Positions 21,270-34,842 of a stretch of DNA of 64,000 nt are shown here, in pieces. This DNA is from Nymphaea colorata (taxonomy: Eukaryota), in the NCBI RefSeq assembly GCF_008831285.2, contig NC_045138.2:12524001-12588000 (forward strand). Direction: 5' to 3'. The translations under genes were made by a program, and so were the position numbers. Below the pieces are notes generated by a model. That model was not told the origin of the DNA. It saw only the letters and a list, made by a program, of their open reading frames with translations, and made no database searches. Each line of letters opens with the position of its first letter. The first letter of the stretch is position 1.

Positions 21270-24200
21270 ATTACCCAAAAATATTACCGATGAACGGAAT
21301 CTCCGCAGAAGTCGTTTAGGGGGGATAAAGCAGTTGTCGTTGATGGCAGGACTGGTCGCCAAAGTTGCCTTGCTGAATTCATAGAAAGGCATCATTTTTT
21401 CCGGCCACCATTGTTGACGCCAATGGTGGTCGGCAGTTAAGGTCAGTTGCGCTACAAAGAAGATATACTTTCCCTAAGCAAATTTTTTGGCACCAAATGC
21501 ATCCCAGAGAGATGGAAGATAGCTCATGTTTTCTTATGGATTAATCTTCCATTTGGGTGCAGTTTCGGCCATCGTTTCTTTAAAACACTCATTTCTTTTG
21601 GATTAACATTCCATTTGGGTGCAACTTCGACCATCCTTTCCTCAAAAACCTCCCTAAATCGATCAAGCTGCCCCAAGTCCATCGTCTTCCTTGAAATTTC
21701 CAGCAGTAGCTTCTGCATTTTGATGTTTCCCTTGAAACACAAACCAAAGATCTCTCCCAAATCAATGCTTCTTCGAACAAGAATCTAGCAATTCAAGCAG
21801 TTTTTGTACGTGGTTCGTTTCCTCTTCCTACAATCGTATTCAGTGGGTTTTGATGTTGCTTCAGTATATAGGAAAAGGTATTTCTGAAAATCTGTGTTTT
21901 CGTTTTGCAATGTTTTGATGGAGCCTCCTTCAATAGATGCATATTAATCTTGTCCTAGGGATGAACTGGCCTCCACATGCACGTTTATAGATGTATCCTC
22001 CTAGCTTACCAATAATTGCTATGTATATGTTGTTAATTAATAAAAAAGAGAAATCGTTAAACATGTTCCTTCCTTATTTTTGAAGTTTTGACCAAATTAA
22101 TTGCTGCATCCTGCTATTTTCCTGTAATTCTCAAAATCCTTGCCCCTCCATTGTAGACTTTTGCTTATTTTGCTAAGAGTTTTATTGTTAGAAGATTTTG
22201 TATATAAAGATGTTAAGTGGAAGGGCCAACAAGATCAAACATCAAAAGGATATCAGTCACATTTGTGCAAAGTTAATCATGACAATGCAAAAATAATAGC
22301 CTTTATTTTACATAATATATAGAGATTTTGCATTACATTATTCCAAAGCCTATTGATTGACACTACTTTCATGTTTGTAGGCTGACCTTAGACATGCAAG
22401 ATCATCGTCATCTCAAGGCTCCGAAGACAATGCAAGTCGAAATGATGTATCTACAACTGCTATTGAACGAGAGCAAGGTGGAAGTGGTGGAAGTTTACGT
22501 ACATATGAAACATGACCAAACTCCATAAACGTTTGTGATCGAACACATAGTTGCATCGTTGAAAAACGAGAAGTAATTGAATTATCTAAAAGGGGAGAGA
22601 TTGCAGAAGCAAAAGTCGCACAACTTGAACAACAAAATGCTTTGTTGGAGCAAAAAGTTCCAACATTAAAACAACAAAACAAGTGTCTTAGAGATTACAT
22701 GATAGCCTTTCAAACGACCAGCAACATGTGATTTTAGGTTGGTCTTATCCAATGTAAGGCTGTTTCGAAAGCTTACCTCTTATAACATTAACTAAAGTTT
22801 ATTGTTATATTTTGTGCATGTCGGAAGAGAGAAATTGATCAAACAAGAGATGATTATAATGTTGAACCTTGCTAAGCATGTTAATTTTGACTTTAAGTTT
22901 TCCCATGGCAGTAGTTTGTTGGGTTCTATGTGAACTTATTGATATGTGGACTTTGTTGGTTCCATTTTTCACTTAATTCATGTGTGAACGATGTTGGTTT
23001 CTATATGAACTGTATGTTCAATTGCTCAAAGTTAATTGACTTGCAAAACTATACATGCTTATATATTTTTATATGTACATATCTCTCTATCTTTCTTCAT
23101 TTGCTTTGTGTAGTGCCTTGGAGGGGTGAGAAAAAATTTACTGCTAAATGGTATGTTCACTGCATAACTTTATGTTAGAATAGTTCTTTTCCTAGTTATA
23201 GCCTAACACTTTTTTTCTGCTATCTATACATCATTCAAAGAAAATAATGTTTAGGGTGTAAATGAAGTGGTTGTAGATAGAGCCAAAGAAACAATCAAGT
23301 GAAAGCATTTAGTTTGTATAATAGTTCATCTTTACCATAATCTCTTTGTAATTCAAGAGGATGAGATTATACTTTGTGGAGGTGAAGTATGAACACAACA
23401 TTACAATGTTTCTCATGCTCTATTTATCATGTTGCACAATAATTTTTTCTTCGTCTCTATCATTTGTGAACGAGTTTACATAGCCAGTAACTACATCTAC
23501 ATAGGTTGAAAATATTTTATCTTCTACGTTGGTTGCTGATTTTTTATCAGGTCATTTTGTAGAGGTATGATTTGAAAGAAAATATGCAAGATAAGAAATT
23601 TTAAAGTGGTCTGGATAAAATTCTACGTCCACTATCTCTCACACCAAGAATTGGATGATGTGAGGTTCCCTTGATGATGATATTTATACATGATTTTGGG
23701 AGGGACTGTAATAGAATTGTTTGAATTTTAAACAATCTTTTCTTAAACTTTGATTTTCTGTAACGTTTGCTCTCATCTTTAATGAGGATGTGTTACCATT
23801 TTCGTTGCTTAAATTTACTTCCTTCAGATACTTCGTTTCTTGATTGTTAAGATGATGATCATGATCTTCTCCAGCCGTTGAGCAGTTGTTGGTAGCGGGT
23901 CTGGTTTCCTTTTTGTTGAAATTGTGCTGAATTAATTCAAAGTGATCTTCTTCATTATCTTCTACAGCCGTTGAGCAGTTGTTAGCAGCAGGTATGATTT
24001 CCTTTTTATTAATTCAGCATGATCTTCTCCAGCCTTTGAATGTATGTAACTGTCTTCAGATGATACTTTAACATGATTAGCTATTTAAAAGGTCATTGCT
24101 TATGGCTATACAGTTCCTATGTTGATTTCGTTCAGTTAATTCTCCTCATGCATTGCATTATACGAGCAAGCTTACCTGTAAATACTCATGTGAATTTCTT

Positions 24201-24968
24201 CCAGAATTGTCGTGCCAAGACACACAGTCAAATTATAAGCCATGCACCATCTGCACTATTGAGTCATGTGATTGAAGAGGTGGGAGATGCTCCTACATGG
24301 GATGTTTCATGGGGTATAGTTGTTTGATTCATTACTGGTTCAAGAATGTATTTTCCATTGTATATAAACATTATGTATTATCCTTATTTGATAAAGGCTA
24401 CAGCTTGGCCATGTACATTACAATTTGTCATTTTATTAATAAAAATTTCAATGTTTTAGCATGGTCTCTCTCTCACTCTGTCTATATATATATATACATA
24501 CACACACACACAAACACAAACATACATTTGTCTAGTCTAATTTCCTTAGGTTGCAATACACAAGTCGCAATTTCTACTATTGGGAGAAACTTATATTTCT
24601 CAATGGTTGAACCATTAGGGATGAAACAATTTCCGAACAGTTGAGAAGGTTGGGAGAGCCAAACATTTCCCAACGGTTGAAAATGTTGGGATAACATTCG
24701 TATTTTTAGATGGCTGACACAATTGGAAAGAAAATAATTCCCAACATTTAGAGTTGTTGGGAGGAGGAGTAATTATCGACAGCTTAAAGGATGGGCATCG
24801 AAAAATGTCATTCGCAGTGTCCACAATTGTCGGGAATGTAAACACAACTGCCGACCTTTTGGTTCATCGGAATACAATTCCCCACAGACCTTTTACCGAT
24901 GACCTAAAAACCATTAGCAATTTAACTGCCATCCAGAGCTATCGATGGTTTTCATTATTGTTCTAGTG
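21270..24968 (+). mobile_element. Non-autonomous CACTA element 1; 5' terminus not found
   Basis: Ends TTGTTCTAGTG at 24968. Degenerate (T)ACCGAYG / GTCGG subterminal repeats at ~21280-21440 and ~24630-24950. Left coordinate approximate. Confidence 0.7.
22381..22731 (+). pseudogene. Exon-like coiled-coil remnant inside CACTA 1 (possibly the C-terminus of a TnpA-like ORF)
   Basis: tttgtag acceptor, then a frame with one internal TGA: ...EIAEAKVAQLEQQNALLEQKVPTLKQQNKCLRDYM. The TnpA identity is inference. Confidence 0.4.
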
Positions 24969-26725
24969 TGAGAATCTCAAAGAGGCATTTCTAAGGACAC
25001 TTTTCCAGCCCGTCACTCCCACTCACCCGAAAGATCCCTAAACTAATGGAGTTTAACATGTGGTTTCCACTTAGAGCATACCTAGGTCGCAAGGAAAACG
25101 TTTGCTCCCCATTCAAATACCATAGATGGATTGTTGCACTGATGATGCTCCTTTTTAAAACCCCATTCAAAATGTATGGAAGTTTCAAATTACTGTCACA
25201 CGTTCGAGGTGAGATTGAAAGTAAGACCTTCCATACAAGCATTCAGGCACACCTTCAATAAAGCTTCAATGCATGCATAGGAAAATCTGTATCGAAGGTT
25301 ATGTGTCAAAAGGCTGCCCCTTAAACGTTAATAATGATAAAAAATATCCATTCATTCATGATGACAATATCAAATTCGTTTGGGATCCATGTGATGGTTG
25401 AAAATATATTGTAAACCGGAAAATAAAATTCAAAAATTTTAAATTCGATTCCTGTTTATCAAACAAGAAATCAAAAAATGACTATTGGGCAAATTTCCAG
25501 AAAGATGTTTTCAGAAATTGAGAAACCTTGGACAGAAAATGTTTGCTAATGCCCCATCGCCTTCTCTCGCAGCTTGAAATTGTACCTTCACCACAACCTC
25601 ACTGCAGTTGCAGAGGTTCACAGAAGTTGACAGTGACAACTAGACGTTTTCTGGCATCACTAGCACCATTTTCGATTGCCGTCAAGGTCATCTTGCTCTC
25701 TTGCTCTCCTTCTTTGTGTGTGTTTGTCTCTCTATATCTCTCTCTCCCTCCTCATGGTGTTCCCAGCCCCAAGCAGCGGCCTTTGCATCTCATCCATCTT
25801 CACCATAGTCTCTGCTTTGGAGTAGATAGTCATCCCCAAGTAGCATATGTAGCCAATCCCGAAGCAGCTGGCTTCATCATTGTCTCTGTGAAGCAGCAGT
25901 TCTCTCTCTCTATAATTCTCTATGATTCACAGGTCTATACTTGGTGGTGAGCCCTCATCAACTAATATAGGAAGGAACAGACACACCCTCTCTCATCTAT
26001 CGACAATCATTTAATCAGCCTGTCCCATTTTCTATCTATTGCAGCAATAGCTGCCACCGGTAGTCTTTCCCTCTGCTGCAACAAGGATAGCCAGCTGGCA
26101 GCCCTTAACCCGCTTACTTCGTTGTTTTTTTAATATATTGCAGCCATCATCTCTATCTTGCTTGCTCTTTTTTGGCTTTTCATTGTGGTATTGTTTCCTG
26201 GCAACAAGAGAAGTGTGTATTTTTGTTTTAGAAGGGCCCTACATGGAACTTGATTTGGGGATCTTTGATTTATTTACGAGACCCACTGGCTCATCTAGAT
26301 TTTGTTCATTCTGAATGGTTGTTTGATTTAGCATGGGGTTGTCGGTAGTGGCTGGAAAATCCTTATGAAAACTAGTTGACTAATTACCAAGAAAACACTA
26401 ATTTTGATATGTTAATCAGGAAGAAAACACTAATTTTGATATGTTAATCAGGTTATTTTCTTCTCTATTTTTATTTTGGAGGCAGGAAGGCAGATGTTTC
26501 CTTCTATGATCTTCAAGCCCATTTTTTCTTCGAAGGTGATGCATTTTTATCATATTTTTATATTCAATACACTTGATATTTGTTAAGGTTTTGTATTTGT
26601 TGCTCATCTGCTACTTTTGATCTTTAGAAGATAGTGATGGTTGCATGCATGTATGTCATCCAAAGTGGTTCATACGTTTGTTTTGTATATGGTTCTTGTA
26701 CTTTCTCTCCTTTAACTTATGTGAG

Positions 26726-29700
26726 TGTTTACATGCAAAATTTTTCAACCTTACATGTGACCATTTATATAAAAAGGTTTAAAGGAAATGTACTTGTTCC
26801 CTTATCTCATGCAAAAAATTACGAGAGATAGAACCTGACCAATAAGTACAAGGTCAACCTGTTCCTAGCACTTTTATTAGGGTAAACATATCAAAGACTA
26901 AGCAACTTATTCAAAATTACGAGTTCTTATTGTAGTCCTGATCCTAAATGTAGAAACTTGCCCTAATTTTGAAAAGATTCAAATGTTAGAAAATCTAAGT
27001 GAATCATTAGAAATTAGCATGCATGAACTAACAGAAAGTACATTTGGAACTTATGGATGCAGTACATGATACATATTATCATCGATCTATGCAATGATTC
27101 CTAGATCTAATATGAATGCACGCAAACTAGTGCTAGACATACTTGAGATGTAGTTTCTATGATTCAAGAAAATTCAAATTTGTTCTAGTGATCCGATACA
27201 ATGACCTAAATATTAAGGTTTGAAATTACGGTTTGGATTTATGGAGTCAACTAAGGTTGAGATATGAGTTCAATCATGCAACCCAAACTTGTAAAATCTG
27301 AGATCTTGATCCAAATAACATGGAGATATAAAATTCAAAGTTTTATGATTTGAGATCCAAAGTTCTATATATAATACACAAATAAAGATCCAATTCTCTA
27401 TAATATCTGAAATCGGTGTTCAAATTGGTTTTGAACTTGATCTGAAACTCCCAACATGTTAACCAAATGGAGATCCAAACAATGTAATCAAAGTTTAAAT
27501 TTGAATTTATGATATGGATCACCTAAAGTTTGACTTGTAATAATTTAATTTGGATCCACTCTAGATTCAGATGTCCTATCTGGTTTCAAACTGTAACTTG
27601 GATAAACCTAGCTATGGCCATGGTGTTGACTTGGTTCAAGCATGGGTTAGGGTTAGGTTTGTTGTAGTGGGATCAACATCAGGTCTGAGTTGAGACATTG
27701 AGTGAGCCTAGCAGGGTTTAGGTAACTCATGGGTGAGGTCTAAATTTCAATCATTTGAACCTAGTATTTTGTAAAACAGGTTTTAAAATAGGTTGATTTT
27801 TGAAAAGATGTAGTTCAAAACTGTCTTCTTTTTTTAAAAAAAAAATATATCGCATGAGATTCAGTTTAAACCAAGTGCATGTAAGGACCTTTGTCACAAG
27901 CATGTAGCTGATCAGCCCAACCTGATTCTCACATGAACCTAATTCTTAGTGCATGGTAAATCGAATGTTACATGAAAGGTGAATACAAACTATATGAATG
28001 TATGTCAAACATAACAAAACATAACACAACACATCTAATTATAACATGCATGACTTGAAAACTGAAATCATGCAGCAGCTGAGCTAGATCATGGATCCAC
28101 ATGTAAGGACTATTGTCATGAGTCATGTGATGTGGTATCTTGAATTCCTTAGTGAATTTGAATGGCAATTTTAAAATCAAATGAGCATTATAATATTAAA
28201 AATCAAACAAAATGTGCATAATAATAAGAATATAAACTAACATGTAAATATCATTTGAAAATCATGTGGTCATTTATCTTTATAAAAAGATGCTCTAGCG
28301 TAAGGGCGACAATGGAAATGCAAGGAAGGATTGGAAATAGATAAGTTTGGCCACCATAGAAAACACAAAAATGCTTGGACATAAAAGAGAGAGATACACA
28401 TTATGTTCAGGATTTTTTTTTTTATCAAAGGATTGAGGGGACCCTACTATGTCTAGAATGGATAAAAAGGAAGAGAAAACAAAGCAATAACAAGTTAAAC
28501 TTAGGCTCCAGTATTTTCTCAAGATCATCTCGTCCACCAAAAGTCCATTGTGCAGCCCTGTATGGTGTGCTTGAGAGGAATATAGTTTCCAGTGATGTGG
28601 CCAAGACTCCTATGATATGGGTCTCTGTAATTTCTTTTCACCTCAGGAGGATCTGCCACCTTTTGGAGTTTACAAAGGTTCAGGGATAGCAGAAGTTACT
28701 CTTTGTTTTGTTCTATTGGGGTAAATTTCCCGTCTCTCATCAACCCTTGGCACCTTCTGTTGTCTCCCTTGGACGATTGTGTGTAGTTATTCTTGTTTTC
28801 CCTATCATTATGCTTGTTTTCATGTAACTTCCTCTGATCTCCATTTGGTGTTATGTTTGCTTGATCCAGAGATAGTCCATATCTTGAGATTTGGCTGACT
28901 TCTTGAAATATTCTTCTTGTAGTAGCTTAGACTAGTTTCTACTTTGAGATAGCCAAACTTGAATGCTCTTTTTATGCGATCTGCTTTCATGAATAAATCA
29001 TAATGACTCGTACTCATGTTATGCAAGGTGATATATGATTTACTCTTAGAGACTACCAAGAATTATAGTAAGGGTATGGTTCTTTGCCATCAAAGTTCTC
29101 CTTTTACTATTTACATATTTCCATTGTTGAATATAATCCTGAGCTGATTCTTTAAGTTCTTGGTTAACTCCATGAGAGTATCAACGGTGAGGACATCTGA
29201 ACAATTAGATTTGTACTTATCAATGAAGGTGTTTACAACCTCATCAAAATCCTTCATTCATTGTGGGTCTATATGATTTATATACAATCGTGTTGCATCC
29301 TCTAATCTCCTTGGGAAACTTACAAAAAGAGCCATATCGTTGTCTTGGAATTTGTCACACTAAGAAAAGAAAATGCCGAGTGCACATGTGGGTTCTTAGT
29401 CCTTTTGAACTTGCTGAATTTCCTAGGAAGTCCTTCTAGGTCTTCATCATCCAAATCCTCACAAAAATCCTTTTTAGAATAATGCTGCTTGCCTTTGTTC
29501 TTCATGCAGCATACAACTCGCTCCATTTTCTCTATACGAGATTACGTAGTCTCAATGGATTTGTGAGAGCATACCTTGATTGAAGCTCCCCTATTCCTAT
29601 TTCTAGATGACTGAGTTTTTCTGTTGTTATTCATTAGCTTTTCAAACATTCACTAAAATTGGGTAAAGGTGTTTGGGTTGACCTCTCTTTCATCTTTTTC

Positions 29701-32700
29701 TTTTTATTTCAAGTTGTTCATTCTTAGAACTGCTGGACCATTCATTGTACTCTAGCTTAGCCTCTTCTTCCTCTGCCTTAACATTCTTTCTTGATCTGAT
29801 TCTAAGGGCCATACTGTCTTGTTATTGCTTGGTCATATGAAATGGACATGGCACATCTCATTATAACATGCATGATTTTGAAACTTAACCCACACAGAAG
29901 CTGAGCTAGATCATGAGCCCACGTGCAAGGACTATTTTCACGAGCCACGTGATGAGCTAGCTTGAATTCCTTAGTATTGGATGTGAATATTAAAACCAAA
30001 TGATAATTATATATTAAAAATCAAATACAATATGCAAGTAACAAGAATACATGTTAAATTAAGATTTTCAAGCTTACATACCTTAGAATAGAGTTAGGAC
30101 ATATTATAAAGCCTTAACTATGAGACAAGCGAAATCAAAATTAGACACTAAAATCAGATTAAACCTAGGCTAACAAGTTGAAAGTTAAACATTTGGCTTA
30201 AGTTTGAAAAACAAGATAACATGATTCAATGGGTGACTTTGGTAGGTGAACAAAGTAGGTTAACTACATTAGATTGACACACAATATGGAAGCAACACTT
30301 TCTATATGAAATTGTAGAAAGTAGATTATGTGAGACAGGTTGGAGAGGTATATTTGGTCTTACCAAAACCTTATCAGATTAACTTCGATTGATTTGAAAA
30401 TTGCTCTTTAGACTTTTCGCATAATAGAGAACCAATAGAAAATTTTATAGATCGAAAAAAACATGCACGGAATATAGAGCTATGACATTGGAAACTTAGA
30501 GAAGAGGAAGAAATGACAAAATAAACGAAAACCAAATTACTTTAATGACTATGACTATTATTTTGGATGATGAAAAGATTCTTGCTACTCAGTTTTCGTT
30601 AAAATTTGGTATGTGGATTCTCTGCATAATAGAGAATCAATAGAAATTGGAAGTTTTGAAACAACTTAAATAGAAGGAAATAAACAACATCATGAAGTTG
30701 ACGAAAAATACAATTCTACAAAAAAATTGCAAAAAAGGAGTTAAGCTAAATCATCTAACTAACTGACCAAATCAATTTGGAATTGGCTAAACTTTGGTGA
30801 TATGAAACTAGACACGTAGATCAAACTTTTGGCTCTTACAGAATGCAAACTAGAGTTCATCATAAAAAATTACGAAGCTTAACAATTAGGCAAATTTTAG
30901 GATCTGATTTCTATAGCTTGAAAGTTGTAAAAAATGAACATTGGAGAAAATGGTCAAAGCAAATGGGCTTAAAATTTGATGAAATTTGGCAAAAACAAAT
31001 TAGACATGTAGGAGAAACATGTGTTCCAGAGATTGTTATTATGAATTCTGGTTAAAGAGATATGGCTTTGTAAATATAGGAAAAATTTTGAAATTTCTGA
31101 AATTTTGAAATTTTTATACTTAAAAAGTTATACCTTTAAAGTTAGAAAACATGTAAAAATCTCAAATATCATGATTTAAAAGCTTGAAAAACATTATTTT
31201 AGACCAGTTTACACTAAACACAATGGAAAATAACAGAAATCACACATATATATGATGAAAGAAAAAAAAAAGAATAATCACCCATGAGGCCTATATGAAG
31301 TGCTTCAATGCTATGCATGAAGTAATTCAAATTAAAAGAATGAAATCATGACTTCATAAAAGAAGAAGCTAAAGAATGAGGATGAAAAAGGGGAAGAGAA
31401 GGATGAGAAGGATGAGGAAGGGAAGAGAAAAGGGAGAGAGGAAAGGAAAACCTACCTCAATTTCTTCTTCTTCTTCTAGTTCTTCTCATTATTTTCCTTC
31501 TTCCTTTCCTTCTTCTTCTTGGACATGCACTGCAATGGGGGATTCATTAAACTGGTGCCGATTCCAAGGAAAGGCACTTGAGAAAGAGAGTCTCAAGTGG
31601 ATGGGGCATAGACTTCAAAGGAGGCAAAGAGTAGGTCGTCCAATGGGAGGTCCCCATTAGGATCTCTCTATCCTATTTACTCCCAGATGAAATGGAGTCT
31701 GTAGGATTTTGACAAGTGTTAGGATCCTAACTTTGGACTTCAACAAGTATAGGTTGATGACATGTCAGACTAGAAAGCACAAAACTTTATGTTAAAACAG
31801 GAATTTCGAGACAAATTTTTTTGTATCTCATTCAATTCTAATCAGAATTTAGTTTTGTGAAAGGCGGTATGTTCCCAAAGAAGTGTGGAATGTTTCAAGA
31901 AAGAGGGTTTTGGTTAACGTGTGGCATAGATGATGAATGATGCACAAATATGAAATGGAAAATAAAAAAATCAAACCATATATTATGACTGATATTAAAT
32001 AGAAAATTGTTCGTCCTTACTCTGTATGAACAAAAATTCAGATTCTGTCTGCACCGGCTTGCTTAACTCAAAATGTTGTATAGTTCATATCTTTCTGTAC
32101 AGACTGACATTTGACATAGAGTGAGAAACTGAATGCACATTAAACATACATAAATGTTCACATGTGGATCATGGATCTAGATTTGATATTGAGAGCAAGA
32201 TCATGCTCCAAATCTAGAGAGAGTTCTAGAATTCAGATCTGGTTAGGATAGAAAGATTAGAATTATGATATGATATTAAGACTTGAGATCTAAAATAATG
32301 AATCTAGATCTCTGTGTGTAGATCGTAGATCTAAAATCTGGATCATGACTTGAATAAAAGATCAGGTTGGGTTTACCCTAGGCCTTGCTTGATTTAGGTC
32401 TAGACTCAGCTAGACATAGGTTTGGTGGAATTGGGCTCAATTTAAGTCAAATTGGTTCAGTTAAGTTTGAATTTGGCTGAGCTAAATTCCAAGCTGGCTT
32501 AAGCCCTGCAAGAGCTTTATTGGGCTCAGGTCTGGTGTAAGAATACCCTGGGGTTGATTCATATAACTCCAAATGTTGGTCTATACAAAAATAATGCATG
32601 TTGTACAAATGACATTTTTACCTTTGGTACAAAACTAGGCTCTGTGAAGCTTCATAGACATTTTGACCACACTAGGATATAGAATGGGTTCAACTTAGGT

Positions 32701-33624
32701 GGCATGCAAAGTTGGATTGAAAAAATCCTCAATTTATCATTGGAAAATCACATTTTTAAAGTTGACCAAGCTGAAAGCAACCTTGTAAATAGAAATGTAA
32801 AGGGTAAAATAGGAAATAAAGATTTCAGCCTTGTCAATGAGAAATGAACACATTGATACTCTTCTTGTGCGACACTAAATCTACCTATGTGCTTGGATTG
32901 AAAATTGGTGTTTTAAGTTCAGAAGTCACTAGTGACAATTTCTGGACATGGACACTCTAGGAGTGACTAAAAAACTATAATTATACTTGAGATAAAGTAG
33001 CTCGAACTGACAACAAATATTGTCAGATGCAACACTGAAGAATATGACTCTAGCTCAATATGAGATGACTCACTTGAAGCAGGCAGGAATGGTGATGGGA
33101 AAATGAAACACCATTTCTTATAAATGGTTGCTCTAGCAATAGAATATCAGTTTGAAAACTGAAAATGGAGCTAGAAATATTTTGCTGACACTAGAGAGAA
33201 CCTATCGTAGGTATGATTAGGTCTGCAAGTGTTCTAATGGTGAGAAAAAGTGGGAAAATAAGGAAAATGGGCCATTTCTGATCAAATGTTAGCTGGTAAA
33301 CTTGTTTGGAGAGTTCTTAGTGACTTGTAGGGATGAAAATAACCTTGGCTGATCTTGGGTAAAATAAATCACAAGTTTTCAATAATTGTTTTGCAAAATT
33401 GAGGAAAAATAGGGTAGTATGGGGTGATCAGGGGAAAAATGGTCATTTCAGGTGGCGACAATTTGAGATGATTTGAGTCCTGGTGTCTCATACCTAGAAT
33501 ATATGAATTGATTTGTTTAGTTCATGCCCCTTAAATTGAAAATTCTTCTAGAAAACCAGTTCAAAATCCCATTTATAAGAGGTTAAATGGTCGTTTCGAT
33601 GTGTAAAAACTTGGGGAGACTACA
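26726..33624 (-). mobile_element. Ogre/Tat-like Gypsy LTR-derived element A (mostly LTR, with an internal gag fragment)
   Basis: Minus-strand termini TGTAGTCTCCCC...GTAAACA and TSD GTGAG/ATGAG (4/5). Both ends are visibly homologous to the solo LTR at 47442-53331. Confidence 0.8.
28900..29560 (-). pseudogene. Degenerate Gypsy gag fragment
   Basis: LPRKFSKFKRTKNPHVH, then FVSFPRRLEDATRLYINHIDPQ*MKDFDEVVNTFIDKYKSN. Resembles Ogre/Tat gag. Confidence 0.65.
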
Positions 33625-34226
33625 ATGAGTTTTAGACATCATCAGGGATAGTGTAAACACTCTATCATGCAGTGGAATGAATTTTGAAATCTAACTTTTC
33701 ACGGTCGAGTCATATTAGATGAGTTTTTTTGCAGGCTCTACTTGTCTAAAAATGCATATGAAAATTGTGAGAAATCAATTCAAGTATTTTTAGGGTTCAA
33801 CAAATAACTTTCCAAGTTTTGATATATGATGACTTTCATTGCTTTGTGTTTGGTTGGTGCTCAACATGTGTTCATTGCTTTCTATTTTGGCGAGAATAGC
33901 AATTTGGTTATAGGTCAAACTACTCTTACATATCTATTTTGGTTTGTAACTCCTGTAAACTTCTTATTGACATTATAAAGTTTTTTGCTTGGATGTCCAT
34001 GTGGCAATTTTCCATTTACATATAGACTATGCCTATATGTTTTTATGGTCACTCAATGTGAAGTCATGTATACTTGCTTACTATATTGTGCAATATAGCT
34101 AGTGATATTGTGTGTGTGTGCAAAAATACACATGTAACTTTATTTGTATTACACATATGTAAGTGCTTTTGTGGTACTTACTATTGTACACATGACTATC
34201 TTTTTTGGAATTGCATCTTAATATTT

Positions 34227-34842
34227 ATGGAAGGTTCAAGCAACCTAAGAAGTGGCAATCCTGTGTGGAGTAATCATCAACTAGATTATCTAATAGAACT
34301 TTTAATTGAGCAATCATTGTTACCAACATAAAGGTGAAGACTTATAGGCAATTGAACAAAAGATGAGTAAAAAGTTTGACTAAGAATTCATGAATAAAAA
34401 GATAATTAACAAGTTGAACGTTACTAAACCATATTATAATATACATAGGCAAGTTTTCAGAATTACTGGCTTTAGTTGGTATCCAATGAACAAGTGTATG
34501 GATGTTGACAATGATGTTTGAGCCACCAACATTCAAGTAAGTATCACAATATTTGATAGGCTTCATATTCATCGTGACTTGTAATGGATGAAGTATATGT
34601 GAATATGAAACAAATTGTAGATATTATCGAAGAGACACAAATTCAAAGCATGCAAAAGTGGAAACACTATGAGGAGTTACATGAAGTATTTGGATGGTCA
34701 ATTGCCAAGGTCATGGTAGTAACACTTGTACTTCATATCTAATGAGTAAAGATTATGAAACAAACCCTATCGCTAATCTAATGATTTTGCGATGCAATTG
34801 GATGAAAACGTATCGTTTACATAAATGTTAAAGAATGGTTCT
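34227..34842 (+). pseudogene. PIF/Harbinger ORF1 remnant (Myb/SANT-like), interrupted by Copia 2 and probably resuming at 40134
   Basis: MEGSSNLRSGNPVWSNHQLDYLIELLIEQ, GFSWYPMNKCMDVDNDV and YEELHEVFG motifs with frameshifts. Confidence 0.75.
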
